Shown: piece after piece, positions 17,499 through 26,584 of the stretch
Layout of the letters: each line of letters starts with the position of its first letter
Numbering within the stretch: the stretch's first letter is position 1
Origin: a virus
Taxonomy: Duplodnaviria > Caudoviricetes
Reading direction: 5' to 3' (one strand)
IMG/VR virus record: IMGVR_UViG_3300017769_000011
Location: 1-56,613 of that record
DNA length: 56,613 nt
Made by a program: the position numbers and the translations under genes
The notes under the pieces: generated by a model
The model's input: only the letters and a program-made list of their open reading frames with translations
Told to the model about the DNA's origin: nothing
Databases searched by the model: none

Positions 17499-18006
17499 TT
17501 AATCCTAATTGTTTTGCATATCTTGGTAATCGACACGCCCAATATCCAGCCTTTGTTTTATCGTTTTGTTGGTCACATCTATGACGAGCGGCAAATGATT
17601 TACGAGCCTGCTTGTCATTTAGTTTGACCTTCAATCCTGTGGTGTCACCCCATGTAACCTTCTTCACGTTACCACTTGAAGGGTCACGAACATACACATA
17701 GTATTTCTTCGGCCCACCTCTCTTCGGTTGATTTAGAGGCATATCTTGTTTGTCTTCTTCAAAGATACAATCTAGTGCGACATTTTCTCCACGCCATTCT
17801 GCGAACTCGCCGAGGTCAGACTCCATGATATCTATATCTGCGACATCTAACTCAAGGTCACCTGCATAATACTTCTCTCTTGCTTCACGAAAGTATTCGA
17901 AATACTTCTCTGACCCAACACGAAAAATGTTGTTTTCAATAAGAGAAGAGCAAGTACCACAACACTCATCAGTTCCACAATCTGTGTGTTCAGTAAATGT
18001 TTTCAT
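17473..18006 (-). CDS. Putative internal head protein (leader MKTFTE)
   Basis: KKYYVYV..P..G.VKKV.WG and RKSFAARH.C...K....YWAC module; leader resembles the T4 capsid-targeting sequence (CTS). Confidence 0.6.
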   Translation of the reverse strand: MKTFTEHTDCGTDECCGTCSSLIENNIFRVGSEKYFEYFREAREKYYAGDLELDVADIDIMESDLGEFAEWRGENVALDCIFEEDKQDMPLNQPKRGGPKKYYVYVRDPSSGNVKKVTWGDTTGLKVKLNDKQARKSFAARHRCDQQNDKTKAGYWACRLPRYAKQLGLSGGGNFFW

Positions 18007-19241
18007 TATCTACCTAAGATTTTCTTGATGTCTGCGAGAGACCTGATGCTCTTTTGGAATTTCTCTTTTTCATTCGGTTTTGAAAGGCCATCAAAACGAG
18101 CCAATGTCGCTTTCGCTTGGTCTCTAGAAACTTTTCCTTTTCCTCTGTTAAATACAACTTCTGCTCCTGTTGGTAAATCAGCCGCCTTACGCAACTGCAT
18201 GATAATATTTTTAGAAGCAGCCTTTCTATCGTCATCGGTTGCTTCAGTGTCTTTGTCTTTTTTGGTGAGTGCCATACCTTTGGTTGCACCACGAGACTTC
18301 ATCGCTCTTCTCGCATCAGCAGCGGCACTTGCCTCATTCTTTGGTTTCTCACCACGTTCTTTCTTTGAGATTGCAATCGCAGCTTGTTGAGCAGGAGAGA
18401 CTGCTTCACCTAAACCTTGTTTAAGTTTGATTTTAGGTAATGCTCTTTGAAGATTTTTGAACTGAGCATCAGATAAGATAATTTGGCCACCAATTTCGCT
18501 TGCGCTTGTGCCTTTTTTGACAGTTATCTCAACTCCTAGTTTTCCTTTACCAGCCGCAAACCTTACTATTTGTATACCACCTTTATTGTATAAATCGGTG
18601 GCTTCATTAAGTTCGACTTCTTCAGCAAGCAACCAACCCTTTGAGAGATACTCTTTCTGTTTCGATTTGTCGATAACGATAACCTTGTGTCGTTTACCTG
18701 ACATCATCTTGACAACCATAACTTCTTTCTTAGGGTCAATCAACTGACGAACAGATTTTTCCTCTGCAACACGTTTTGCCGTGGCGGTTGCAATTGCCAT
18801 CTTCTTGTCCATAGGCATGTCAGGTTCGTCCTTTTTCATTGCTTTCGCTATTTCATTTCTTTTCTTTATCTCAGCGGGAGTGAGTGTTTTCTCTTCAACA
18901 GACTTAGACTTCTTTACCAAGGAGGTAACTGTATCTATATGTCCTTGATGATAATCATGGTCATCAGCACTTAGTCCTGCATCTGCAATTTTCTTTTTCG
19001 CAACATCAACCATACCTTTCATTTTTTCAAGGTCAGTCTCATCAATATTACCATCAAGACCTTTTCTTTCAATTGCAAGATAGTCATCTACTGCTTGGGC
19101 TGCACTAAGAATTTCTTCTTTATTGTCTTTGGTCTCGTAATCTTTTTTAAACGCCTTTATTGCGCCAGGACATAATTCCATATCGTCAAAGGTTTTATTT
19201 CCTATTTTTGTTTCTTCAAATAAATATCTAAACTTTTTCAT
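18006..19241 (-). CDS. Modular putative internal head protein (leader MKKFRYLFEE)
   Basis: CTS-like leader; repeated h-x-E junctions separating short basic modules. Confidence 0.6.
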   Translation of the reverse strand: MKKFRYLFEETKIGNKTFDDMELCPGAIKAFKKDYETKDNKEEILSAAQAVDDYLAIERKGLDGNIDETDLEKMKGMVDVAKKKIADAGLSADDHDYHQGHIDTVTSLVKKSKSVEEKTLTPAEIKKRNEIAKAMKKDEPDMPMDKKMAIATATAKRVAEEKSVRQLIDPKKEVMVVKMMSGKRHKVIVIDKSKQKEYLSKGWLLAEEVELNEATDLYNKGGIQIVRFAAGKGKLGVEITVKKGTSASEIGGQIILSDAQFKNLQRALPKIKLKQGLGEAVSPAQQAAIAISKKERGEKPKNEASAAADARRAMKSRGATKGMALTKKDKDTEATDDDRKAASKNIIMQLRKAADLPTGAEVVFNRGKGKVSRDQAKATLARFDGLSKPNEKEKFQKSIRSLADIKKILGR

Positions 19242-19507
19242 TACGCTAAGTCCTTATCGTGATTTAAGTTGCCCTTTTTCTTTTTTACAATAAATGCATT
19301 AACTCGTGCATATCCCCACTGAGAAGGTGTTGTGCCAGGCCTGTGTCCAGTTCTCCATGCGGCAACACCACGGTCAAAGACTTTCTTGAGTGTTCCATAA
19401 GAGATACCAGACTTCGATGCTTTCTTTGCAAGTGCCTCATTTTTTTCCTGAAGAGACTCGTCCAGTCTCTCTGCATAAAATTTTCTAAAGGTTTTTCTGC
19501 CACTCAT
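19241..19507 (-). CDS. DUF5824-like small basic protein with CTS-like leader
   Basis: KSGISYGTLKKVFDRG.AAW.TGHRPG.TP.QWG.ARVN; leader KTFRKFYAE. Confidence 0.65.
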   Translation of the reverse strand: MSGRKTFRKFYAERLDESLQEKNEALAKKASKSGISYGTLKKVFDRGVAAWRTGHRPGTTPSQWGYARVNAFIVKKKKGNLNHDKDLA

Positions 19508-21000
19508 GGTTGTGTCTCTCTGTTTTTTTGTTGTGCTTTTGCGAGTCGTCTTGCATCTCTTGCTTTATCAAGAGTTGCACGATATTGTTTTTTCAAGTCT
19601 TCTTTATCATCTTTATAATCAGTTCTTATTTTTATAACCTCTGGGTCAGTCTCAGCCTTCAACTCAAGATGTTTTGGAAGAAGACCTTTCTTTATCATCT
19701 GATTCATATACTGTAGAACTTGTCTTGGAGATTCGACACCAAGTTCATGTCTCAGAAAATCATACGCACCTGATTGTCCTGCCTTCGGATTCTTACGTCT
19801 CCAATCAAGATACAATCGAACCGCCTTCTGATATTTCTTTTTGTTTACAATTTTATCCAATGCTTTATCTAAGGCTGGACTCAACACTCCTGTCGCAGAC
19901 TTCGTGCCAAACGCACCAGTGCTACCTATCTTTTCATCAAACATCTTCTTATATGCTTTGGTATACTTTGATGGTTTGGTCTCTGCACCCTTATCGCCAG
20001 GCGCTGGTTTGTATGCAGATGGGTCATCATCATCCTTTGCAGTGCCTTTCTTGAAATGTGCGGCACGTTTCTTCTTGGTTGACTTTGACATGTCATCGCC
20101 TTCAGCATCCTTCGCATAATACTTTGCAGGCTGTGTTCCTTTTACATCCTTACCAATCTCTTTGTCCTGACGTGCTTTCTTCTCGACCAGTTCTACATCG
20201 TCTAACCACTTGCGATATCTTTTTTGATTCACTTCTACAATGACATAGTTCGCACCAAGCATAGAGACAATACCAACCTCTCCACTTTCTTTGATAATAA
20301 CATCATCACCGATTTCAAACAAATCACCTGAGACATATGCCTCACGAGTATCGTCTAATTTACCTAAATCGATATGACGTTTGAAAGAACGTTCTTCTTT
20401 GATACCAAGTCCTGCTCGAACTTTGTTAAAGAGTGTGCGAGTATCTTTGTCAGAAAATCCTTTGGGAACACCCTGTGCGAATGCCGCATAGTCATTATCC
20501 TTTGCTGACGCACGTTGCTTGGATGCAGACATTCCTTCAACACCCTCTGCATCAGGGTCACGTTGACCAGCAGATACAATATTGATTGTCTCGAAGTTAT
20601 AAAAACCATGTTTGGCTTTCTTACCATTGTATTTTTTCAATAGAGTTTCGAACTCATTCAAACGGTCTTGACCGACAACCATGTTGATTTTACGATATCC
20701 CAAATCATAAAGTTTTGCGGCTACGTCAAAAACATTACGAATCTTTTTATCGGCAATGATATTGCGACCATGTTTGGGAAACATCTTACGAAGAGTTTTG
20801 ATTTTATCAGAATAAGACAATGGGTCTTTCTCACCTGTTGTCTGAGATACAAAGATTTTATAATCTGCACCTCTCGCCTTTTTAACAATCGTATCGATAA
20901 CTTTACCATGACCAATTGTCGGAGGATTCATTCTACCAAATGTAAAGAATACCTCACGTTCCGACTCAACCAGATACGATTTAAAATTCTTAATTACCAC
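19504..21000 (-). CDS. HIGH-family nucleotidyltransferase (cytidylyltransferase/NadM-like) plus SH3/KOW-like and basic modules; CTS-like leader
   Basis: FTFGRMNPPTIGH, DPLS, VVGQDR, MSASK; likely GTG start at 21000 giving VIKNFKSYLVE. Confidence 0.8.
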   Translation of the reverse strand: MVIKNFKSYLVESEREVFFTFGRMNPPTIGHGKVIDTIVKKARGADYKIFVSQTTGEKDPLSYSDKIKTLRKMFPKHGRNIIADKKIRNVFDVAAKLYDLGYRKINMVVGQDRLNEFETLLKKYNGKKAKHGFYNFETINIVSAGQRDPDAEGVEGMSASKQRASAKDNDYAAFAQGVPKGFSDKDTRTLFNKVRAGLGIKEERSFKRHIDLGKLDDTREAYVSGDLFEIGDDVIIKESGEVGIVSMLGANYVIVEVNQKRYRKWLDDVELVEKKARQDKEIGKDVKGTQPAKYYAKDAEGDDMSKSTKKKRAAHFKKGTAKDDDDPSAYKPAPGDKGAETKPSKYTKAYKKMFDEKIGSTGAFGTKSATGVLSPALDKALDKIVNKKKYQKAVRLYLDWRRKNPKAGQSGAYDFLRHELGVESPRQVLQYMNQMIKKGLLPKHLELKAETDPEVIKIRTDYKDDKEDLKKQYRATLDKARDARRLAKAQQKNRETQP

Positions 21001-21436
21001 TACCGCCGCCTTTTTTCTTTTCAATCTCTTTCTTACGAATCTTCGGAAGCATCTTCCTCGCAAGTTTATCAATCTTTGGTTTCATCTTATCTAGACGTTT
21101 CTCAATATCTGTTCTTCGTGCTAATCCAAGGTCACTCTTATCTTGACCCTTTGTTATTTTCTTAGCAAAGAAGTTCCTTGCTTGTTTGGCAGCTCTTTTC
21201 TTGAGAACATCAACAGATGCAACTTTTCTCTCTGCTCTCTTACGACCAAGAGCAATTTTTGCTTTCATCTTTTTCATCTGACGAGATTTTGCCATGCGTT
21301 GTTGCACAGTGAGTGCCTCATAAGGGCCTTCACCATCATCACGTTTACGTCTTTTGGCATTGTATGCTAACTGACCATCACCTGTTTCAGTGTAGTCAAC
21401 GGTAAGAAAATCTTTAAAACCTAATGGTTTTGGCAT
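20990..21436 (-). CDS. Very basic protein, putative prohead core/internal protein
   Basis: GFKDFL leader; YE-ALTVQQR module; K/R-rich helices. Confidence 0.6.
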   Translation of the reverse strand: MPKPLGFKDFLTVDYTETGDGQLAYNAKRRKRDDGEGPYEALTVQQRMAKSRQMKKMKAKIALGRKRAERKVASVDVLKKRAAKQARNFFAKKITKGQDKSDLGLARRTDIEKRLDKMKPKIDKLARKMLPKIRKKEIEKKKGGGSGN

Positions 21437-21441
21437 TTGGT

Positions 21442-22662
21442 CTACCTCTTTGGTTTATCCCATCCCTTCAGCACATCAGGACTGAAGTTGTTATACGAAA
21501 ATTCAAGGCGGTCAACCAACTTGACCGCATCACCACCTAATTTGTCAATCGCAACAAAACCTTCCGCACCTGTAGTCTTGTAACCAGTTTTGGTTTTTAC
21601 AAAAGCGTCATAGTTTTGTATACTATTAAGTTTATTTATAAGTTTTAATTTTGCTAATACAATATTTTTCTGTAGTTCAAACATATTGACGAGAGACTTC
21701 TTGTTCTTGTTTGAAAAAAAGGTGAGAATATCGTCTAATTTCTTTTGTTGAGTCGCTTTACCCTTCTCACTCTTTCGTTTTTCTATCTCTTTTGCGAACT
21801 TATTCTCAATCCATTTGATAAGACCTGTGACATGTCTACGACTATCAGGTATCATCTGTCCTTCACGCACATATGTATTGTTGTATTGTTCGATGAGTTG
21901 TGCAAGTTCTTGATTGTTCTCTAGTTCACGCAGTGTCGAACCTGCAATCTTATTGAATATCTTACCAGCCGTTGACAGGTTCTTGGTAACTTCGGCAGTC
22001 TCTTTGTCATCCATAGTTGCACCACCGACATCACGCAACATCGCATCTGCTGAGTAAACATTCTTAGATGACTTGAACTTAGATACATCAACACCATACT
22101 TTGCTTTCATCGACTCGAAGTCTTTACCTGTATAGGTTGTGTGCCAAACAATACCAATCTGTGCTTTGCGTATGGTATCTGCCTGTTCGTATGGAACAGC
22201 ATAGATAATTGTATTGGGGTGAAAGGTTGTGTATTTCTGTCCATCGATTTTCTTCGTCTCAACGTCTCCTTTTGAGAACAAGAAGTCTCCTTGAATAACA
22301 CCCTTGATATTAAGGTCTGGTAGATACTTCAACGCAGCCTTCATCTTATCTGCAAGGTCACCAGACATATCTGCATCAATCTCTGCATTGGTTTTATAGA
22401 CCTTTGGATTCTTAGCAAAGATACCTTTCTTTGCGACAAAGAACTCACCATCACGAGGGTCTTGACCACAAAAGATTGCAGGCGCACCATCCCACTTGGT
22501 AGATAGTTTACTTTTAGACTGACCACCTAACATATCACGCAACTCACGCAATGCATTGATTGCCTGTCGTGTTCCATTCACACCACCATAGAGAACCTTA
22601 TCCTCGATATGGGTCATGTGAGTGTTCTTCTGTTCTGTTATATAATTTCTAAAACCAACCAT
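21442..22662 (-). CDS. DUF6267-like protein with ATP-dependent ligase/capping-enzyme motifs; CTS-like leader
   Basis: KWDG (motif I), QGDFL (III), EGFV (IV), VKLV (V); leader MVGFRNYITE. Confidence 0.7.
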   Translation of the reverse strand: MVGFRNYITEQKNTHMTHIEDKVLYGGVNGTRQAINALRELRDMLGGQSKSKLSTKWDGAPAIFCGQDPRDGEFFVAKKGIFAKNPKVYKTNAEIDADMSGDLADKMKAALKYLPDLNIKGVIQGDFLFSKGDVETKKIDGQKYTTFHPNTIIYAVPYEQADTIRKAQIGIVWHTTYTGKDFESMKAKYGVDVSKFKSSKNVYSADAMLRDVGGATMDDKETAEVTKNLSTAGKIFNKIAGSTLRELENNQELAQLIEQYNNTYVREGQMIPDSRRHVTGLIKWIENKFAKEIEKRKSEKGKATQQKKLDDILTFFSNKNKKSLVNMFELQKNIVLAKLKLINKLNSIQNYDAFVKTKTGYKTTGAEGFVAIDKLGGDAVKLVDRLEFSYNNFSPDVLKGWDKPKR

Positions 22663-23236
22663 TGTCGTAATCTTCTTTATATATTTTTCTTATATCATCT
22701 ATCATCTTGAGTGATAAATCTTTCTCTTTCCAAATCGATTTTGATATTGTAGCCTTTACTCTATCAAGTTCACAATCAATCTCATTCTCAATAAATGTCA
22801 CACATTCCTCAAAGTTTTCAAAATCAAATACCTTATCATACTGACTTAGGTCACCCCCACATTCATATTGAGAACGAAACTCTGGTCTTAAAGGCCAGTA
22901 TTTTCCACCATTTATAATCTTTCCTATTTCCCATTTAGTCCAATCTGGAACTTTTTCATTATATCTTGCTTTCATAAAACCATAAAAGTTTATTGAAAAA
23001 TTCACTGCACTTAAATATCTTTTTATCGGGTCTCTCTTTATCGTTATTCTTTTTACATTCCGAAACTCATTTGAGACCATAGAATTTTGTAAAGTCAAGT
23101 CATACCAGTTTGAGGTAACTTGTTTACTCTCAATGCCATTTAGATGTGACCACATAATCTTGAGTGATGACGAACAATTTTTCGGTATCAAACAAACATC
23201 TAAAACATCATCAAAGTATAATACTTCACTAACCAA
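22649..23236 (-). CDS. Sulfotransferase family 2-like protein
   Basis: IPKNCSSSLK (5'-PSB), RDPIKRYLSA (3'-PB), IY.EDY ending. Confidence 0.75.
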   Translation of the reverse strand: MVSEVLYFDDVLDVCLIPKNCSSSLKIMWSHLNGIESKQVTSNWYDLTLQNSMVSNEFRNVKRITIKRDPIKRYLSAVNFSINFYGFMKARYNEKVPDWTKWEIGKIINGGKYWPLRPEFRSQYECGGDLSQYDKVFDFENFEECVTFIENEIDCELDRVKATISKSIWKEKDLSLKMIDDIRKIYKEDYDNGWF

Positions 23237-24539
23237 CTTTTAATCCATTATAAAGTGTTTTCAAACTCCATTGTTTAAGTTTACCACCTGAACTCGAACG
23301 AACCGACATTGCAAGCGTTACCTTCTCGTCTCCCGACCTCAATTCAATAAACCAGTTCTGTTTCGAACTCCGAGATGAATATGACTTCACGAATCTAACC
23401 TGTGGTAGAAATACTCCGAGTTGGTCTTTGTCTGTTATCTCTTCATATGTTCCACTCTTCTCTATTGCTTTAATAACAATAGTCGGAACATCAGGTGCAT
23501 CTCGAAGTATTGCCTCTTTGATATAGTTCAAAGTCGCATCTTTGTTCTGATTAAATCTTTCAACCAATCCCTGACGAACAATCTCCAGATATTCATCATA
23601 GAGTTTGTTTTGTTCTTTGGTCGGAAGTTTATTGATGGTTGCGATTGCTTTTGTTTTATCAGGGTGACGGCCGCCTTTGCCACCATCGTGATTACCATAC
23701 TTAGGAAAATCAGGTATCTTTGAATAAACCTTATCATATACTTTTTTTCGAAGGGCCTCTTTACCTTTAGCGTCATTAAAAGAAGGGCCACTTCTCTCGT
23801 TCACAAATACAGTATAATGATAAGTGTTGAGTTGAGGTTCTTTGGTTTTCTTACCACCAGACTTGAGTGATGCACCAAGCATCTTTCCATCTTGATATTC
23901 AATAAACATATCGCCTGGATGATTTTGTGGGACACCTTTTGGTTTTGCTCGATATCCCCAATACACTCTTCGTATTGGTTTATCTTTATTTTCATCAATC
24001 AAATAGTTGTAAATCGAAATTGCAGCCTTCATCTTTTCGAAATATTTGGATGATGAGTCTGCTCTCTGTAATGTATCTTTTGCGGCCGCTTGGTCTTTAG
24101 CACCTACACATTTAAGTTTGCGAGTATCAACTGAGAGTAATCTTTCCATTAATTTGTCAATGTCTTTGTCAGACATACCTGTCGGTTTGATTTGACGTTC
24201 AAACATAATACAGGGAAAGAGTTCGGTGATGCTTGCATTGAGTGTAGATTCTCCCATGCCGCCCTTTTTGGGTTTTACGAGAATTATAAATTTACGACCT
24301 TCATGTTCTCCGTAAATAGGGTCAACCGAAGATGCGCTTGTTTCTCTTTTTTCAGCACTAATACCTGCATTCTTCAGTCTACGAAGAATCTCATCTCGGT
24401 CAGTTTCACGGTCATCAGACGTAACACGAAATTCTATTCTCGATTTCTCACTTGCAGATTTCTGAGTATACTCAAATCCTGAAAACACATCTCCAGCGAG
24501 TTCAAAGTCTTCGACTAAGTAGTGATTAAAAGATTTCAT
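23229..24539 (-). CDS. Putative PD-(D/E)xK-fold nuclease with CTS-like leader
   Basis: TEL helix, PGDMFI...GASLK; leader MKSFNHYLVE. Confidence 0.55.
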   Translation of the reverse strand: MKSFNHYLVEDFELAGDVFSGFEYTQKSASEKSRIEFRVTSDDRETDRDEILRRLKNAGISAEKRETSASSVDPIYGEHEGRKFIILVKPKKGGMGESTLNASITELFPCIMFERQIKPTGMSDKDIDKLMERLLSVDTRKLKCVGAKDQAAAKDTLQRADSSSKYFEKMKAAISIYNYLIDENKDKPIRRVYWGYRAKPKGVPQNHPGDMFIEYQDGKMLGASLKSGGKKTKEPQLNTYHYTVFVNERSGPSFNDAKGKEALRKKVYDKVYSKIPDFPKYGNHDGGKGGRHPDKTKAIATINKLPTKEQNKLYDEYLEIVRQGLVERFNQNKDATLNYIKEAILRDAPDVPTIVIKAIEKSGTYEEITDKDQLGVFLPQVRFVKSYSSRSSKQNWFIELRSGDEKVTLAMSVRSSSGGKLKQWSLKTLYNGLKVG

Positions 24540-24575
24540 CGATATCCCATTTGTTACAAAAGTGTATTATAACAC

Positions 24576-24583
24576 TATTTATA
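24576..24583 (-). promoter_or_regulatory. T4-type late promoter heading the CTS-protein block
   Basis: TATAAATA on minus strand, about 40 nt upstream of the 24539 start. Confidence 0.72.
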
Positions 24584-25259
24584 ATAAAACGGAAGTGTTA
24601 TTTTCTTTATTGTATTGTTCAATGGTATCTTTGAGACTATTGACCCAATTATCACGATGTTCGATAAAGACTTGAGGTTCATCCATACCATCAACAGAGA
24701 TAATTGTAACCAACTGAGTGATAGGCATATCTGTGCGTTCTTCCCACATGATTGCATAACCAGACTCTTGCATGAAGTAGTTCTTAATCATTGAGGGTGT
24801 TTTACGTTTACGACTTGTCTTGAAGTCAATGATAGATAACTTACCATCAAACTCTGCAACGCAGTCAACACGACCAGCAAGACCTAGATGTGTAGAATAA
24901 AGTGGGGCTTCCTGTGCATATACTTTTCCAATACGTTCATCAAGAGTTGGTTTCATAACAAGAAACGACTCAATGATATCAGGTGTATATCCATCTTTGA
25001 AGTTCGGGTCATTGTCAATATACTTCTCGATGATTTCGTGAACCTTTGTGCCTCGTGATGATGCACGATGAGAGATACGATTGGCTTCCTCTTCACCGAC
25101 ACGTTTACGCCATGCGGCGATACCTGCACGACTTAGAATGGATAAGACTGTCGTGATAGAAGGAAGGTTGACTCCTTCGGGTGTCACATACTTACGACCA
25201 CCATCAACATTAATGGTTTCCATTTCAGTGAGTTCTGTTTGTTCATGTATAAAGGTCAT
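24579..25259 (-). CDS. PD-(D/E)xK exonuclease (Cas4-like phage exonuclease)
   Basis: R.Y.TP.G..LPSITTVL, RGT.VH, AGRVDC, IIDFKTS, YFMQ..GY; start moved to MTFIHE. Confidence 0.88.
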   Translation of the reverse strand: MTFIHEQTELTEMETINVDGGRKYVTPEGVNLPSITTVLSILSRAGIAAWRKRVGEEEANRISHRASSRGTKVHEIIEKYIDNDPNFKDGYTPDIIESFLVMKPTLDERIGKVYAQEAPLYSTHLGLAGRVDCVAEFDGKLSIIDFKTSRKRKTPSMIKNYFMQESGYAIMWEERTDMPITQLVTIISVDGMDEPQVFIEHRDNWVNSLKDTIEQYNKENNTSVLL

Positions 25260-25531
25260 GCTATTGCTTTCAGTAATCCAACGACTAGAATGATAAACAT
25301 CGTTGTGTTTAAAATAATCAGGGCTCGGTCTTGCCAAATCATAGACACCCATCCCCATAGTGCAGTTCCAACCACACCAAAGATAAGGTCATAGAGTGCA
25401 TACTCAGGGCCTGCTGACCTACAAATAACACCTGCAATAATAAAGGCTGTCGCTGCCCATTTGACATACCAATCAATAGTATATGAGGGTGTTACCTTCT
25501 CGATTAGATTTGTGTTATTTTTTTCTGCCAC
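25256..25531 (-). CDS. Small three-TM membrane protein (DUF6552-like)
   Basis: DWYVKW, W.DRALI.LN. Confidence 0.65.
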   Translation of the reverse strand: MAEKNNTNLIEKVTPSYTIDWYVKWAATAFIIAGVICRSAGPEYALYDLIFGVVGTALWGWVSMIWQDRALIILNTTMFIILVVGLLKAIA

Positions 25532-26102
25532 GAATCCTCTCCATTTTTTTCTTCGATTCCAACCATTTCTCGTATGACAATGGTTTACTTTCTGCTCCGC
25601 ATTTGAGTTTGCGTTTGGTGAACTCTTTTTTCAACATCTTCTTGGCATCTACACCAATGAATGCACCGACTAGTTCTAACAACGCACGGCGGAAAGAACG
25701 ACCATGATGCATGTGACCCAAGCAATGTGCCAACTCATGCAACAGAACGTATTCGTCTAACCCTGCTTTACTGTCTAGGATTATTCCCCAACCATCAGTC
25801 CAACCTGCAAAACCTTTACCTGAGTTGCGTTCTTTGAGAACAATTGTGGGTTTTTTTATTGTGGCAGTCTTGCGACCTTCTAGTTTCCAAACCTTTTGCC
25901 ACTTCTTAGATGCATAGATTTGTTTTGCACGTTTCTGTGCTTCCTCGACAGTCTCGAAGTTTTTGATTTTGCCATATTTTTTCTGAAAAACAAATTCTGC
26001 TTGGTAGGTCTTAGACTGTTCAGAGTCCCGACCATTCAAACCTTTATTTTGTTTATCTCTATGTTTCAAAAGATACTCTTGATATTCAGCACTATGCGGC
26101 AT
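25515..26102 (-). CDS. HEXXH zinc metallopeptidase-like protein (SprT-like)
   Basis: VLLHELAH...HHG..F. Confidence 0.7.
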   Translation of the reverse strand: MPHSAEYQEYLLKHRDKQNKGLNGRDSEQSKTYQAEFVFQKKYGKIKNFETVEEAQKRAKQIYASKKWQKVWKLEGRKTATIKKPTIVLKERNSGKGFAGWTDGWGIILDSKAGLDEYVLLHELAHCLGHMHHGRSFRRALLELVGAFIGVDAKKMLKKEFTKRKLKCGAESKPLSYEKWLESKKKMERIRGRKK

Positions 26103-26565
26103 TCATCATCCCTTCAGCATTAATCGCAACTAAACTCTCACGAGCATACGCATCGATTTCCCAAGGCTGGTCATCATATTTAGTATTGGTGTAACACTCA
26201 CCATCCCACTCTGCAACTTTGACAAGACATCCATCAAGTATCTTAATGCCGTGGTCTTGTAACCGACCACTCATAATCTGTTGAGCATGAATCATTTCGT
26301 GTGCGATATTGATTTTGATTTGTCCAATATCAAGTGGTTCACCTTGAATATGAGTTGCAATTTCGATATCAATTTCTTCAGAGTCACCATAACAGAAGCC
26401 ACCTGCATCTGCATCAAGTTTTTTATTGAACTCAAAACAAATCGTTGTATCAAAACTACCCTCACCATAAAGTCCTAACTCATAGGCAACAGCATTGATA
26501 TAATCAACGAGATTGTTCTCCTTCGCAAAATCATCTTCAACAAAAATGTCAACTTTCATAATCAT
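26092..26565 (-). CDS. HEXXH zinc metallopeptidase-like phage protein
   Basis: IAHEMIHAQQ...Y..QPWEIDAY; ends NAA. Confidence 0.75.
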   Translation of the reverse strand: MIMKVDIFVEDDFAKENNLVDYINAVAYELGLYGEGSFDTTICFEFNKKLDADAGGFCYGDSEEIDIEIATHIQGEPLDIGQIKINIAHEMIHAQQIMSGRLQDHGIKILDGCLVKVAEWDGECYTNTKYDDQPWEIDAYARESLVAINAEGMMNAA

Positions 26566-26584
26566 TCCTTTCGACTATACTATT

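Noticed and set aside
15678-21436. Plus-strand ORFs rich in F/S/L opposite the late block
   Set aside because: They are reverse-complement artefacts of K/E/D-rich coding sequence
24579-25259. Cas4-like nuclease as evidence of CRISPR-Cas
   Set aside because: No repeat-spacer array or other cas genes are visible; this is a common stand-alone T4-like exonuclease
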